Assembly: GCA_001643675.2 (NCBI GenBank)
Contig: LSRY02000029.1
Coordinates: 248,001 to 312,000, forward strand
Direction: 5' to 3'
DNA from: Monocercomonoides exilis PA203
Taxonomy: Eukaryota > Protista > Preaxostyla
DNA length: 64,000 bases
The notes under the pieces were generated by a model. That model ran no database searches and had not been told where the DNA came from. It was given only the letters and a program-made list of their open reading frames with translations. Every line of letters starts with the position of its first letter. Position 1 is the stretch's first letter. The position numbers and the translations under genes are program-made. This document shows positions 24,885 to 36,734 of the stretch, piece by piece.

Positions 24885-25012
24885 TGTTGTGCACCTGGGA
24901 GGCTGTTCGTCGTATCCAGGTCCGGATAAAGCAGCCCGAAGGCTGCAACATCAAATACGAACAGTCATGTCCAGCACCCTTCCGATAGAGTGCCAGCTAA
25001 GCATACACAACA
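24885..25012 (-). ncRNA. Putative structured RNA element immediately 3' of the transposase gene
   Basis: GC-rich island in AT-rich DNA. On the minus strand it has a closing stem TGTTGTGTAT/GTGCACAACA, a hairpin CTGGCACTCT-ATCGGA-AGGGTGCTGG, and a stem CTGTTCGT/ACGAACAG enclosing hairpins GCAGCC-TTCG-GGCTGC and TATCCG-GACC-TGGATA. Several G-U pairs form only on this strand. Confidence 0.6.
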
Positions 25013-25021
25013 ACAAGTTTC

Positions 25022-28000
25022 TTAATTGGGGACACCATTAATACAATTTTGAGATTCATTAAAAGAAGAAGAGTCAAGAAGAAGCTCAAATCTCCTTGAA
25101 AGAAGATCTTGAGAAGATTGAGAAAGAAGAGAAGAGTTAGATGATGTGATATCAGAGTGAAATGACTTTCTTGATCTTTGGACTTTTTCTTTCATTGTTG
25201 AAGATTCGAGGGCAACCAGAGAGCGTTGAGGAAGATATCCAACAGCTGAAGCACAGACAAATGAGCCCTTGCGCTCAAAATACAAGTAGTCTTTCAAGTG
25301 AGGGACTGACAATGACGGCCATGAGATTTGTTGAGATGGTACATATTCTTCAAAGTACCTCTCATGCTCAAAGTTATTGACAGATGTTGAAGATGGTGAA
25401 GAGTTTGATGATGATGTTGAGAAAATGTTTGATTGTGAAGTTGAAGAAGCTGATGTCGAAGTGTTCATATTGTTTTCGAAGAAGTTGATCAAATCATGAA
25501 GTGTGGTGATGTGTTCAGTCGAAAGATTGTTGTCGATTGCATTCACTAACGCACCAAATTCACTATCACAGATATTTTTTCCATGGTGCTCAGCGAAAAA
25601 GTTGAGTTGAGTATTTTTCTTTTTAAGAAGTTTGGATTGTTTTGAGAGGATGAAGTGAAGAAGAAAGCGATTTCGGTTGTGTGGACCAGAATCGCAGAAG
25701 AACTTAAAAGTGTGAGTGTCTGAGAAGAAGTGTCTCTTGATCACAGATTCCAGACACTCTATGACAAATCTGTGATCATTAGAAAGGCAGTCGGAGAAGA
25801 AGTTGAATGTTCTTTTTATTTGTTGATTATCAATTTTTTGAAGAGAGATGACAGTGAACTGAGATACTTGTTGATAATTAAAGAACTCTTGTTGAAGTTG
25901 ATTTTTTCTGATGGGGAGTTTCCATTTCTCTTTGAAGTCAAAGACGAAGACTGCTTCTCCCTCTTTCAGATTGTCGACAGTTGATTGATAGTGTTTTCGT
26001 TGCATTTCAGCAACAAGTCGGTGTTGACGAAGAAGTTTGAGTGTATGAAGCTCAGCAGAAGAAAGTCCATTTTTGTTTGGAGATGACTTTAATTTGTTCT
26101 CAAGATAGTTCAACTTCTCACACATTCCACAAAGGTCAGTTCGTCTTTTCGCTTTAGAGAAGTTTGTTGTTAGCTTGTAGAAATGGGAAAGAGAAACTTT
26201 GATATTGGTTTCTTCTGAAAACTCTTTCCATAATTTTGTCTTGGGCTTGAAGATTAATCTTTTCTCATTGGGAGAAAAGATGCCCGTTTTCTTTTTTCTT
26301 TCATTTAGTGCTTCCAATCCATATGAAGATGTGATTGATGAAGAAAGTTGTGAAATGGAAGTTGTTCGAGGAGATGGTGTGACGAATGGAGACGATGATG
26401 ATGATGTTGTTGTTGTTGATGTGTTATTTAAAGTGTTGTTATTGGATGTTTCTGAAGAAGAGGAGGAACCACCAAATTGAATAGTTGAAAACGTTGGTTT
26501 TGTTTTTTCTTTGGTATAGAATGAGAGTGATGGATTGTAACCTTGTGCGTAAAGATCCTTCCATGCCTTTGTCCAATTATCTATGTTCAGTTCTGTCACA
26601 TCAGCATCGTTGCAAATATTCCATGAGACATCGTTTCCTCTATTTCTTTTGATGACAGCGATATAATGACCATTTCTTTGATCCAACTGTTTATGAAGAA
26701 TTTGCCCAACAAAATGATAAAAATACACTTCTTTGTAGTTCTCCAGGAGATGTTGAAAATTATCATTTGAAAATCCTTTGCAAAACGAACGCTGATTCAC
26801 TCTATCGGTTTCCATGACGAAGGTTTTTGAAGGTACAGAGCAAGAAGTTTCAGTGCATTCGTGACAGATGGCTAGAACCTCTGGAAATGCGGCCATTTCC
26901 TCCCATCGAGCAGCACAGCATTTCTCTTTGCATTCATCGCAATAAACATTGTTCTTTCCATCCAAAATTTCTGTTGCAAAAAGTGAAGATAAACCTTTGT
27001 GAGGTGATGATGCATTGATGACAATATTGCAACAAGATTCATTAAAATGATTTGAAACTTTTTGACATTTTTGACATTTGAAATGTGTAATGAGCACTGG
27101 ATTGAAGGTGTCCTTTTTAATTATCTTATTATCTTGAAGAAGTTGATGAAGATTTTCAAACGCCGCAGTAACATTCTGTTGCTGTCTGCTGCTGTATCCG
27201 CAAAATGTTTCCCATTTGTTGATCAGTGATGGGGCCCACGAACGCACTAATGTTCCATCTTTAGCAAGTTGTTGACAAACACTCAAAATACGAGAAGATA
27301 AATTGTTTTTTGATGTTGTGTTTGTTATAATTGATTGTTTTTGTGAAGTTATTGAAGAGAAGCATTGAAGGAGAGAGGCAAGATAGCAAGTGTTTCCAAG
27401 ATTTTCCAATCCTTTCTTTGTTTTTGATGAAGCAATTGAAGCGGTTTTGACACTTGAAGAAATTGATGGAGAAGGAGAACAAGTTGAAGAATAAATATCC
27501 ATTGTGTTTCTGTTGTTCATGATACGCGAAGAATTTTCATGATTAGAAAAAATTCTATTGTCTTCGCGGGTTTTATGTTGAGATGGAGAAGTGATGCTGT
27601 CTTTAACAAATGAAGACAGAAGATCTTGAAATGCAAGTGGAGGAATTAGAGTGGGAGAAGAAACATATTCTAGAAATTGCTCGCTCACCCTCACATTTTC
27701 ATTTCTATTGGATGAAGAAGAATTGCCAGTTATAATCGTATTTTTCGATATGTTTTGTTGCTTTTTGGATAAAGAGGAAGAGAAAGAGGAAGAGGAAGAG
27801 GAAGAAGAGGAGGAAGAGGAAGAGGAAGAGGAAGAAGAGGAGGAAGAGGAAGAGGAAGAGGAAGAAGAGGAGGAAGAGGAAGAGGAAGAGGAAGAAGAGG
27901 AGGAAGAGGAAGAGGAAGAGGAAGAGGAAGAGGAAGAGGAAGAGGAAGAAGAGGAAGAGGAAAATGAATTATTTGAAGAGGAAGAAGAATTGGTTAAAGA

Positions 28001-29061
28001 AGAAGGATTTTGAGAAGAAGAGGAAGAGGAAGAGGAAGAGGAAGAGGAAGAGGAAGAGGAAGAAGAAGAAGAGGAGGAAGAAGAAGAAGTTGATGATTTT
28101 TTTGTTTTGAAGAATTTGTGAATTGGGATGGGCGAAGGAGAAGAATTACGTTTATGACATGATTTGTTTGTTTTTCTTTTTGTTGACTCCCTTTCTCTCC
28201 TTATTGGAGTGCTGATTGGTGTATCAACAGGTTGAGAAGGTGAAGTATTTGTTGATGAAGTATTATTTTCTGAAACGACATTTGATTTTTCATTTTGTTT
28301 TGATGAAAAAGAAGAAGAAGAAGATTGTTTTTTGATTGAAGAAGAATTTTCCGTTATTATCTCATCTTCCCACGCTGCTTCATCAATAAATCTTGCGTAA
28401 TCTGGCTCCGCTCGCTGCTTTTTCTTTGCTGATTGAAGCGAAGTTGAAGCTTCAGTTGAATGGGCCAACATCCAGTTGTTGCCCTTTTCCCAGTCCTGTT
28501 CATTCAAACCTAAATAAACAGAGAAAATTATTTGTCAAAAAAAATATTATAAAATTCAAACCACTTTTGCAAAACGGAAGATGAGGTTTTTCAGGAGGGA
28601 TGATAAATCCTTGGTTTTTCTTTAATGTTTGTTTCGCATAAATAAATTTGCCTTCTGTCACATCATATCCATAGTCTTGTAAATCGGATAATGATGTGTT
28701 TCGAGACAACGCCTGTAGCATTGTTGTCTGAGTGTGCAACTGGGCGTTGTTATACACCACAGACAAGTCTTCAAGCAGCTTAATGTGATATTCTGTTAGA
28801 AAAAAAAATAAATAATAAACAAAAAAATAAGAAAATGACAAGGATGACAGTTCAGAAGATATTCTATATGAAACTTGTTACAATAAAAATCAAACCGTTC
28901 AATGACTTCAGCAAATTGTTAATAACTGAAGATGATTGCCTGTAAGTGTAAAACAAATAGACAAGCAATGAATCAACGTCATCTCCACCGATGCGTTCAA
29001 TTTCATTCCATAAAACTTTGCATTTTGAATTAAGAGTTGATTGAGGTTTCGAAAAAGACAT
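25022..29061 (-). CDS. USP (peptidase C19) plus Sola-like DDD transposase fusion, about 1294 aa (exons 29061-28896, 28792-28562, 28509-25022)
   Basis: Introns 28793-28895 and 28510-28561 (GTTTGA..AG) join three ORFs in frame (3885 nt total). USP motifs: GLENLGNTCYLASLLQC, CQKC/CDEC, NGHYIA, WNICND. Transposase motifs: RTDLCGMC, FDFKEKWKLP, FFCDSGPHNRN, NFFAEHHGKNICDSEFG. Confidence 0.85.
27774..28090. repeat. (GAG/GAA)n coding microsatellite encoding poly-Ser, with a 30-bp higher-order unit
   Basis: The unit gaagaagaggaggaagaggaagaggaagag repeats consecutively at 27801-27920. It encodes the long Ser tract of the transposase protein. Confidence 0.9.
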
Positions 29062-29373
29062 AATTGGGATTTTTTTGAATTTTTTATGGGAAAAAGCACA
29101 TGCAATTTCATTAATGACAAAGCGTCATTTTTGAGTGAAATTTTCAAATGCAAGTTTGTTGATTTCACAGATAAGAAAAAATGAAATGAAAAATCAATTA
29201 TTCAGAAATTAATTCAATAATTTTTATAAATGAAAAATTATTCCGAAATTTCATCATCAGCAATAACTCCAAAGTGTAAAAATCAATGTGGGAAAAAGTT
29301 ATTAAACCATTGTCATTAAAAAATTAAAATAAAGAAAAACAATAAATTCAATTTTATTCATTTTCTAAATAAT

Positions 29374-29980
29374 GATCACAAAAGAGGTCACTAATTTTTC
29401 TTCGGATTTTGCAACAAACAGACATTAAAAGATGTGGGGAAGCTGTCTGCGTGGAAATCTGAGAAAAAATTAGTGACCACTTTTGTGATCGCCAGTCATT
29501 TAGAAAAACACTTTTATTAAGGTTCTCATCAGATTCGATCCGTTGAACGATCGGAACTATTATAAAACTGAAAATTGAAATGACTGGCGATCACAAAAGT
29601 GGTCACTAATTTTTTCTCAGATTTCCACGCAGACAGCTTCCCCACATCTTTTAATGTCTGTTTGTTGCAAAATCCGAAGAAAAATTAGTGACCACTTTTG
29701 TGATCGAGATTTTTAATTTCACATATTTTCAGGAAAATGGAACGTATTTATAATTTTTTTGTATTTTATTGTGTCAAAAATAAATATGCATTAATTTTCA
29801 TGTGGATATTTTTGTGAGCAAAGCGCAAAGCAATTAATGTGTTTGAACCATATTCTCATTTTATTTCTATTAAAAAAGCTGCAATAATAGCAACCAATAC
29901 GATTTTTTTCATAAATAATTTGTCAGCCCGAGATGGAATATCAGTGAAAATGAAAGAATAATAATTCATCTTTCAGAAAT
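29374..29980 (-). repeat. Right TIR
   Basis: Reverse complement of 23490-24096, including the same gaggtc/gtggtc variant. Confidence 0.93.
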
Positions 29981-30789
29981 GCATCTGAAACTGCATTTTT
30001 TTCATCGAATTTTTATATGGAGATTCATTGCGTTCAGTGACTGAACAACAATTTTGTTCGCATTTCAATATATAGAACATTTGATGCTTATAACAGACGT
30101 CAAATATCAAATAGAATTTGAGTCTTCATGCTCTTATTCTTCTTAGTCATTTGAAATATAACTATTTCAATCATGCACCAGTTTGAAGCTTCAACATTTC
30201 ATTCATCCACAACGCTGATGCGATATAATATTCTTCTTTTGCATCACGAGGATTTCACTTTTTCCTGTTTGCTGAGATTTTCAAATATGACTTATTCCGA
30301 TTGCACCACAACAATGCATTCTACTCCTGCTGTAAATGTCTTCAAATCCATTTTTTGCTCGTATAATTCTTCTTCTTCCTCATCTTTCATATTCGTTTCC
30401 TTCGTCTTTATCGTAGTCGTCTTCTCTTCCTTTCAGTCTTCTTTTTCTCCACAAAATTCAGAATGTGTTCATTTTGTTAATATGTTTCATCGTCTTCCTC
30501 ATCCTCTTTGCCTTCCTATTCTTCGTCTCTCATCTTCATAAACAATCACCTTATATGCTTGCTTTCTCAGCACAACGATTAAGCAACCTTTTCACATCAT
30601 TCCGTTCGTCCGCTGTTTTCCGCAATCTTTATCTTCTCCTTCTCTTTCTTCTTCTTTTCGATATAATCAAAATTACCAATAAACTTCTTAAAGAAAATGA
30701 TAAAAAGTCTTCTTTCACTTCTTCTTCTTCCTCTTCGTCTTCGTCTTCCTATTCTTCTTCTTCTTCTGTCTTCTTCTTCTTCTTCCTCT

Positions 30790-32330
30790 TCCAAATTTCT
30801 GGTTTTTTGATGAAAACAAACCTTCCTCCAATGCCTTCACGAAAAGAAAATGATGGAAAAGGTAATAACAGAAAGGAAGGAAGAAGAAGAAGAAAAGAAG
30901 AAGAAGAAGAGAATGCAAAGCATGTTGCAGCTCCGGAGAATTTTCACAACGAACTAACTCGAATGTTTGAGAAGACATCCACTAAGGAGAAAGACAAGCG
31001 GAAGATGAATGAAAAGATTCCCAGAGAATGAGCTGACTGTGGAGGTGAAGCGGGAGATTTAGGAAAAATGGATGATGGCTTTCTTTCAAGCAGAAGAGAG
31101 AGAGAGACGAAGGAGGTGAAGGAATATAAAATGCTTTGATTTCTGGTGGATTGTTATCTTCATAGGACAGCACGAGCAGAATGGGACCAAGCTTGTTAGC
31201 GATGGAAGTTGTAAAAAAAGCAGCAAATGCAGATGAAACATATGGATCTTCCTCCTGGTCCAGTCACAAAACATATTTAGCTGAAGTTGGTTCAATTTTT
31301 GAGAACAAAAAATCCGAAATTGACAATATCTGCTAATTACAATTGCTGCTGAAGAAGAAGAAGAAAGAGAGGCAAAGGGTCGATAATCCGGGAAGAGAAG
31401 GAGAGGAAGGTGCGCTGACAGTGCTTGTGGCGCAAAGGAGGTTTGATGGGAGTGACGGAGCAGACTCAGAAATGGAGGAGATTAACGTCATCCAATACTC
31501 GCAACATGTACAGAATACTTTGTGTGCTTTTCGCGACAGCTTTCTGTGCGCTCCATCACCGAGGCCTTCGTCTGACCCTCAGTTCGCAATAGATTCATTT
31601 CGGAGGAAGCAGTAGAAGGAGTGGGCTCCTGAGATTCCTCAAGTTAACATCGAATGCTCACTGTTTGTTTCGTGTGTGGTGTAGGATGTGAAAATGAATC
31701 TGTTCTATGAACAGAATGAGAACTCGATTTGGAATGGCCGGTCGTCGGTAACGGATGAGAAATTTGAGGCGAATGACCCGCTCATCTTATTCACAGGCAC
31801 CATTGCGAAGATCTCTTGAAAGTGCCGCTTTCTGCGCTGCATGGACAGGCGCAATGGAAGAGAGTATGGAAGCTTCGTGTGGTTGTAATTTTGCGATTAC
31901 ACGGACCAGATAGAGAAGAATGTGGTGGAAGCAGCAGAGAAGAGGGGAAATGGAAGCTTCAGTGGAATCTACCAGTCTGAGTTGGATTTTTTGTTGTCTG
32001 ATTCGAGCAGGGTAGAAACACAGGCGTAGAAGTTTATCATATAGCCAAAGAGGATTGCGAATGAAAAGCAGACTTAGTTCACGTCACAGAACAAGGAAAC
32101 AGTCGAAGAGGCGAAGTTGGACGCGCCCAGTGCAGCAAGCTTCATGAGACTTGTAAATGAAAATGTCTATCTTTGGGGGAAATTAGCTATTAACATACAA
32201 GATTGACTAGATTTTCAAAGAAGAAAGATTTTTGGAAAGAGATGAGAGCCAAAGGCTGCGGATGTTCTGAGCTCGACGAGAGAAAAAACAGAATTTCAAA
32301 CGGATCAATGCTGGTGATGGAGAAGATTGG
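30790..32330 (+). pseudogene. Decayed coding fragments of an unknown gene
   Basis: Coding-like purine-rich sequence. ORF 31343-31615 continues in frame through several TAG, TGA and TAA codons. Confidence 0.45.
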
Positions 32331-33599
32331 AATAAATGTTTGTGTTTATTTTCTTTTTATTTAACAAAGAAATATTATCAATTTATAATAAATTGCTTAT
32401 TTTTATTTTTTATTTCATATTCTTTTGAAAATTTTGAACTATTTGCTTTTATTTTTCTCTTTTTCTTGTGAACAGACATTCTTGACAGGGATTTGTTAGT
32501 TGATCGCATTGGTCATTTTGTGAGTGTGTGCATTGACAACCGGCATCGAAATGCCTGTCTGAACTGCCTCTGCATAGAAATCATTGAAACACCTTATCTT
32601 TCCACTCTGTTGTGACTCACACAAACAATCTCCATTAAATTCTGTGCGAGAAACAATGAAGGCACAATTCCTCATTTTATAAGGTTTTCTGTATTATTCA
32701 ATCATTTGTTATTTTTTGCTTTTATTCCATTTCTTGTTTGCAAATTAATTTTTTTCAATATTTTATTTCAATTAATTCAATCTAATAATATTCTTACATA
32801 TGAATCATCTCTCATTTAATCACTTTTTTTTATCAGTTTCGATCGCGAAGCATGGACTGCGGATCTCTTCCAGGATAGCTTCTCAGAGTTTCTGCTGCCA
32901 TTGGAAACAGAACAGAAAAAAAAGACTGAACAATGTGCCATCTCCACCGCACCATTTGCTTCAACAGATATTTCTGTGACGCCGATGACTGCCTCCTTTC
33001 CACACACGCTGGCTTTCTCTTTTCAGAGTCCACTTTTGATATCTTCTCTTCATCATCAATACCTTCTTCTTCTTCTTCCTTTTTTTTTGCGTCGTTCATT
33101 TCCCAGTCCCCCTTAATTGTATCGTCCTCTGATGATGATGCTGTTAGCATCAGGTGGGTATTGGAAGTTGCATCATTCTCATCTCTTCCTCCTCATTCTC
33201 TTATTCTAATCCTTCTTCTTCTCTCTCCTCCTTCTCGACCTCCTTCCACTTTCAACGCTTTCTGCAAATTTCTTCTTTTGCTGGATAAGGAGCTCTCCAA
33301 AAGAGAAGAAGAAGATGAAGGAGGAGAAATTGAGAGAGAAAGAAAGTGACAAAGATTAGAAATAGCATGTTTCAACTTTAATAATTTCTTATCGTATTAT
33401 ACACACAAAAACTATTCTGTTGCTTCAACTGCATCTTCCTCTTCACCTTCAGCTTCCTTGTCTTCTTTGTCTTTTTCCACGCAACATTCTATTGCACCTT
33501 CTTCAGAAGACACATCGCTTTGCGCGGACTCTTGCAGTACATCTTTGATAGCCAGCAATACATTTCTTTGATACCAAGTATTCTTTCCACGCATTCATT

Positions 33600-34080
33600 A
33601 TCAGCTGTATGCCCGTTGATAAAGATTTATAAATCGAAATTCCAATTACCGAATGCTTCTGTTCTGTCATGTCCAACAGCCGAGTTGTCTTTCTGAGTGA
33701 TGTTTCCCATGAAGGCGAACAAGGGCTCTTTCACAGAAGCGACAAATGATTCACACACAAAATACATATCTCTTCCGACACAGGCCTTGTTGGCTGAAAA
33801 CACGATATTGGTGATGGAAAAGGTTGTGGATGACACTTCTGAATTATCCTTGAACTCGATCATGAGAGCACCGCCTCTTCCTCCAGAACTTGTATCCTCG
33901 CTCACAGAGCAGCTGGAGAAGGTGGAATCACTCGCCGAAAATATGTTGGCAGAGACAGATGAGGCGAATGAGATGCACCCGCCATTGGTGGGAATCTGTT
34001 GGCGTTGTGGAGCTGAGTCGATGTTGGCGATTGTGCAGTTGGTGAGGGAGAGGGAGAGGGCAGGGGAGTTGGCAATTAAT
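33600..34080 (-). pseudogene. Fragment of the large surface-protein family
   Basis: GGRGGALMIEF..FSITNIVFSANKACVGRDMYF matches the GRGGGLFL..LSNITFRGNVASKGRDVF repeats of the 44508-52340 protein. Confidence 0.7.
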
Positions 34081-34514
34081 GAAGAAATGAAAGAAGAGAG
34101 AAGAAGAAACGAAGGATGAATGGAATGAATTCCATTGTATATAAAGGAGCGATAGAGGGTGTGTGTTGAATGAGAATTTCAAAGAAACAATAATGAAAAA
34201 TTTTGGACGAAGAACAAAGAGGATGGAGAGAGAAGTCAATAAGTGATAAGATCAGGAGAAGAGAGAGAAATAGATGAATTTGAATCCACTGTTGTTCTTA
34301 GCAATATTTTCTTTTCCACAATTCCATCCAGTTACTGAATCACTAGACTGGAACGGATAATTTGTTATGTTGAAACATAATTAATAATAGATAACGAACT
34401 GTTCTCTTTTTTTGAATATCAAAAAAAATAATAAAAAATAAAAAAGAAAAAATTTATACATATTTTTGACTTTTCCAATATCTTTTCATTTTTATTTTCC
34501 AATTATTAGTTCTG

Positions 34515-35015
34515 TTTGGAAAGTTGAGAAACTTGACTTTTTCATTTTGAAGTTTTATTTATTCGTTTTTTGAAATTTTAAAAAAACTTGATCTGAAATT
34601 TCCCATTTTCTCTCTAAACATAAAAGAGGTGTGGTTTTTGCATATGAAAATAAAACAAATATTTATAACAGAAATAAAAGTTAAATACTTGCAAAAAATC
34701 AATTTTTCCCTATGATCAATAAATACCGTTATAAATTTTATTTTTTCGATTTTTGATCTTTTTTTATGATATCAAAAAAAATCACCCAAGTTTAATATAT
34801 TATTATTATTTATTATTTGTTTATTTCAATTTGTTTTTAATTTGTTTTTGCTTCATATTTGATAAAAAATATAAACTTTTTCCAAAAAATAATCGAAACT
34901 TCAATGAACAGAAAAAATAAAAAGTTTTCTGGTTTAAAAAAATGATAACAATAATCACAATAACGATGAAAATCAATATTCTAAGTTAAAAACAGTTAAA
35001 TAATATTATTGAAAA
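34515..35015. repeat. AT-rich dispersed repeat, homologous to 40475-40740 and 11320-11550
   Basis: Shared blocks aagttgagaaacttga, aataaaacaaatat, and ttttttcgatttttgatc...tatgatatcaaaaaaaatcaccc. Confidence 0.7.
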
Positions 35016-36734
35016 AATATAAAATAAGATTAGTTGAAATCGATAAATATTTAATGAAAACATTCAATTTTCAGCGTTTCATCATCTGATTCGCAAACAG
35101 TCCTTTCTTGAAGTCATATCAGCTTCAAATGCCTCTATTTCACTCTTCTGCAAAAAGTGAGATTTATGCATTCTATTCAAATCTCACCTTTCTCAATTCA
35201 AATCCAATCAGATTCATACAAAAATGTCAACGCCAATTCCCTTCCCAATCACTTCACCCTGGGTACTTTCCATATGGATTCGCTCTCCCAACTCCATAGC
35301 CACCCTGGACAACGAGATATCCCGCTTTCGTTCATTTTCATTCTTTTCCGCCCCCTGCCCTGAAAGAAACACAAAATACATCAAAAGGCAAATATTCATA
35401 TAAAGAAAAATAAATAAATGTCAAACTGAACTTCGACTGTTTTTTTCCAAACAGCTTCATTTCCACAGCCATCATCATTCAAAAAATAAATCAATCTCTT
35501 TATTTCAGTCTCAGAATGGTCAAATTGCAGCATTGCATCCTTCTTCATAAAATATATTGTATATCTCACTGAAGGGTCTTCTCAGCCCGTACACATTGTG
35601 GTGGATGTCCAGAGGGGTTTTTTCTGTTTTTGTCATGATCATCTCCTTTAATAATATTCTCAACAATACAAAAAAGTATTTGATGTTTATCTCATCAACA
35701 CCTTGCACATGAGGGATAAGGTGCATACAAGTGATGGAAGAATATTATTTGTGTCAGGGGATGGGAGTTGAGAGTTTTATGGAATGTTAATATTTCGAGA
35801 GGGATTTTTGAATGAAAGAAATTTTGGAGACAAAGGGATGGAGAAGAGTGGGTCTAGATTTGGGGAAGATAATATAGTCAATATATAGAGAAGTGACTGG
35901 GGATAATGAAGAAGGTGATTATTGTTGATTGGAGAAATGGAATTTGAAAAGAAAGAAAAGAGCGCAAAAGCTTGAAAGAAGAAGAATATTCTGAAGTGTT
36001 TGATTGGAAGAGGGGTATTTTTTATGAGAGAAGAAGATATTTTGGAAGAGACGGGGAAAGATGAAGAAAAGGAGGGGTTTGATATTTTCTGAGAATATTG
36101 AGGGCTGAATGGAAGAGGAAAAATGGAAAGGAAAAGAAATTGAGAAATATTATCATTTTCTATTTTTGAGGGGAATGGAGAGGAAATTGCAAAAAGAAAG
36201 TGAATTGGCTTTGAAGAAATTCAACTTTATTGATAAATAACAGAACAACAGCCAGAAATTCTTCAATTTAGATTATTGTTTCCTTGTGAAGTTGACTTGT
36301 TTTATACGGCATTGCATCAATCGCCAACATCACATGAAACATATCAACTTCTTCACTAAATTTATTGGAATATAAATGGATTTCTCAATCACCATAAATA
36401 TTTATTTTCATCATCATCTCATCTTCTTCACCTTATTTCTCATCTTCCTCATAATTTCCTTCTTCTTCACCTTCTCCAAATTCTTCACATTCTTGACCTT
36501 CTTTTTTGGTTCCTCTTTTCACTTTGTGTTGCATCACATTCAACCTTCAGATGTTTGTAAGCTGTTCAATCAGCATCACCAGTTTGCCTTCCAAAATGAA
36601 ATCTCAATAACTATTCTTCCTCTCTACAGTATCTTCGTCGCTGTACAAGCCTTCTGTGAGATAACGAAATGTGCTTTTGAACTATTTTCTTCTTCCGAAG
36701 AGGAACATTCAGCTCTGCTTCAGCGATTCGAATA

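Larger units (their letters stand above)
23490..29980 (-). mobile_element. Autonomous-looking DNA transposon with 607-bp TIRs, Sola-like
   Basis: 23490-24096 is the reverse complement of 29374-29980, with no mismatch seen by eye. The element encloses one spliced transposase gene. No clean TSD; candidates are AT or the imperfect acat/gcat. Confidence 0.9.

Noticed and set aside
25022-26300. Fanzor/TnpB interpretation of the transposon ORF, given the 3' structured RNA
   Set aside because: No RuvC motifs or C-terminal TnpB zinc-ribbon layout are visible; the motifs fit a Sola-type DDD transposase.
31780-31930. Possible OB-fold (RPA/POT1-like) remnant in decayed sequence
   Set aside because: Too short and too interrupted by stops to support without a profile search.
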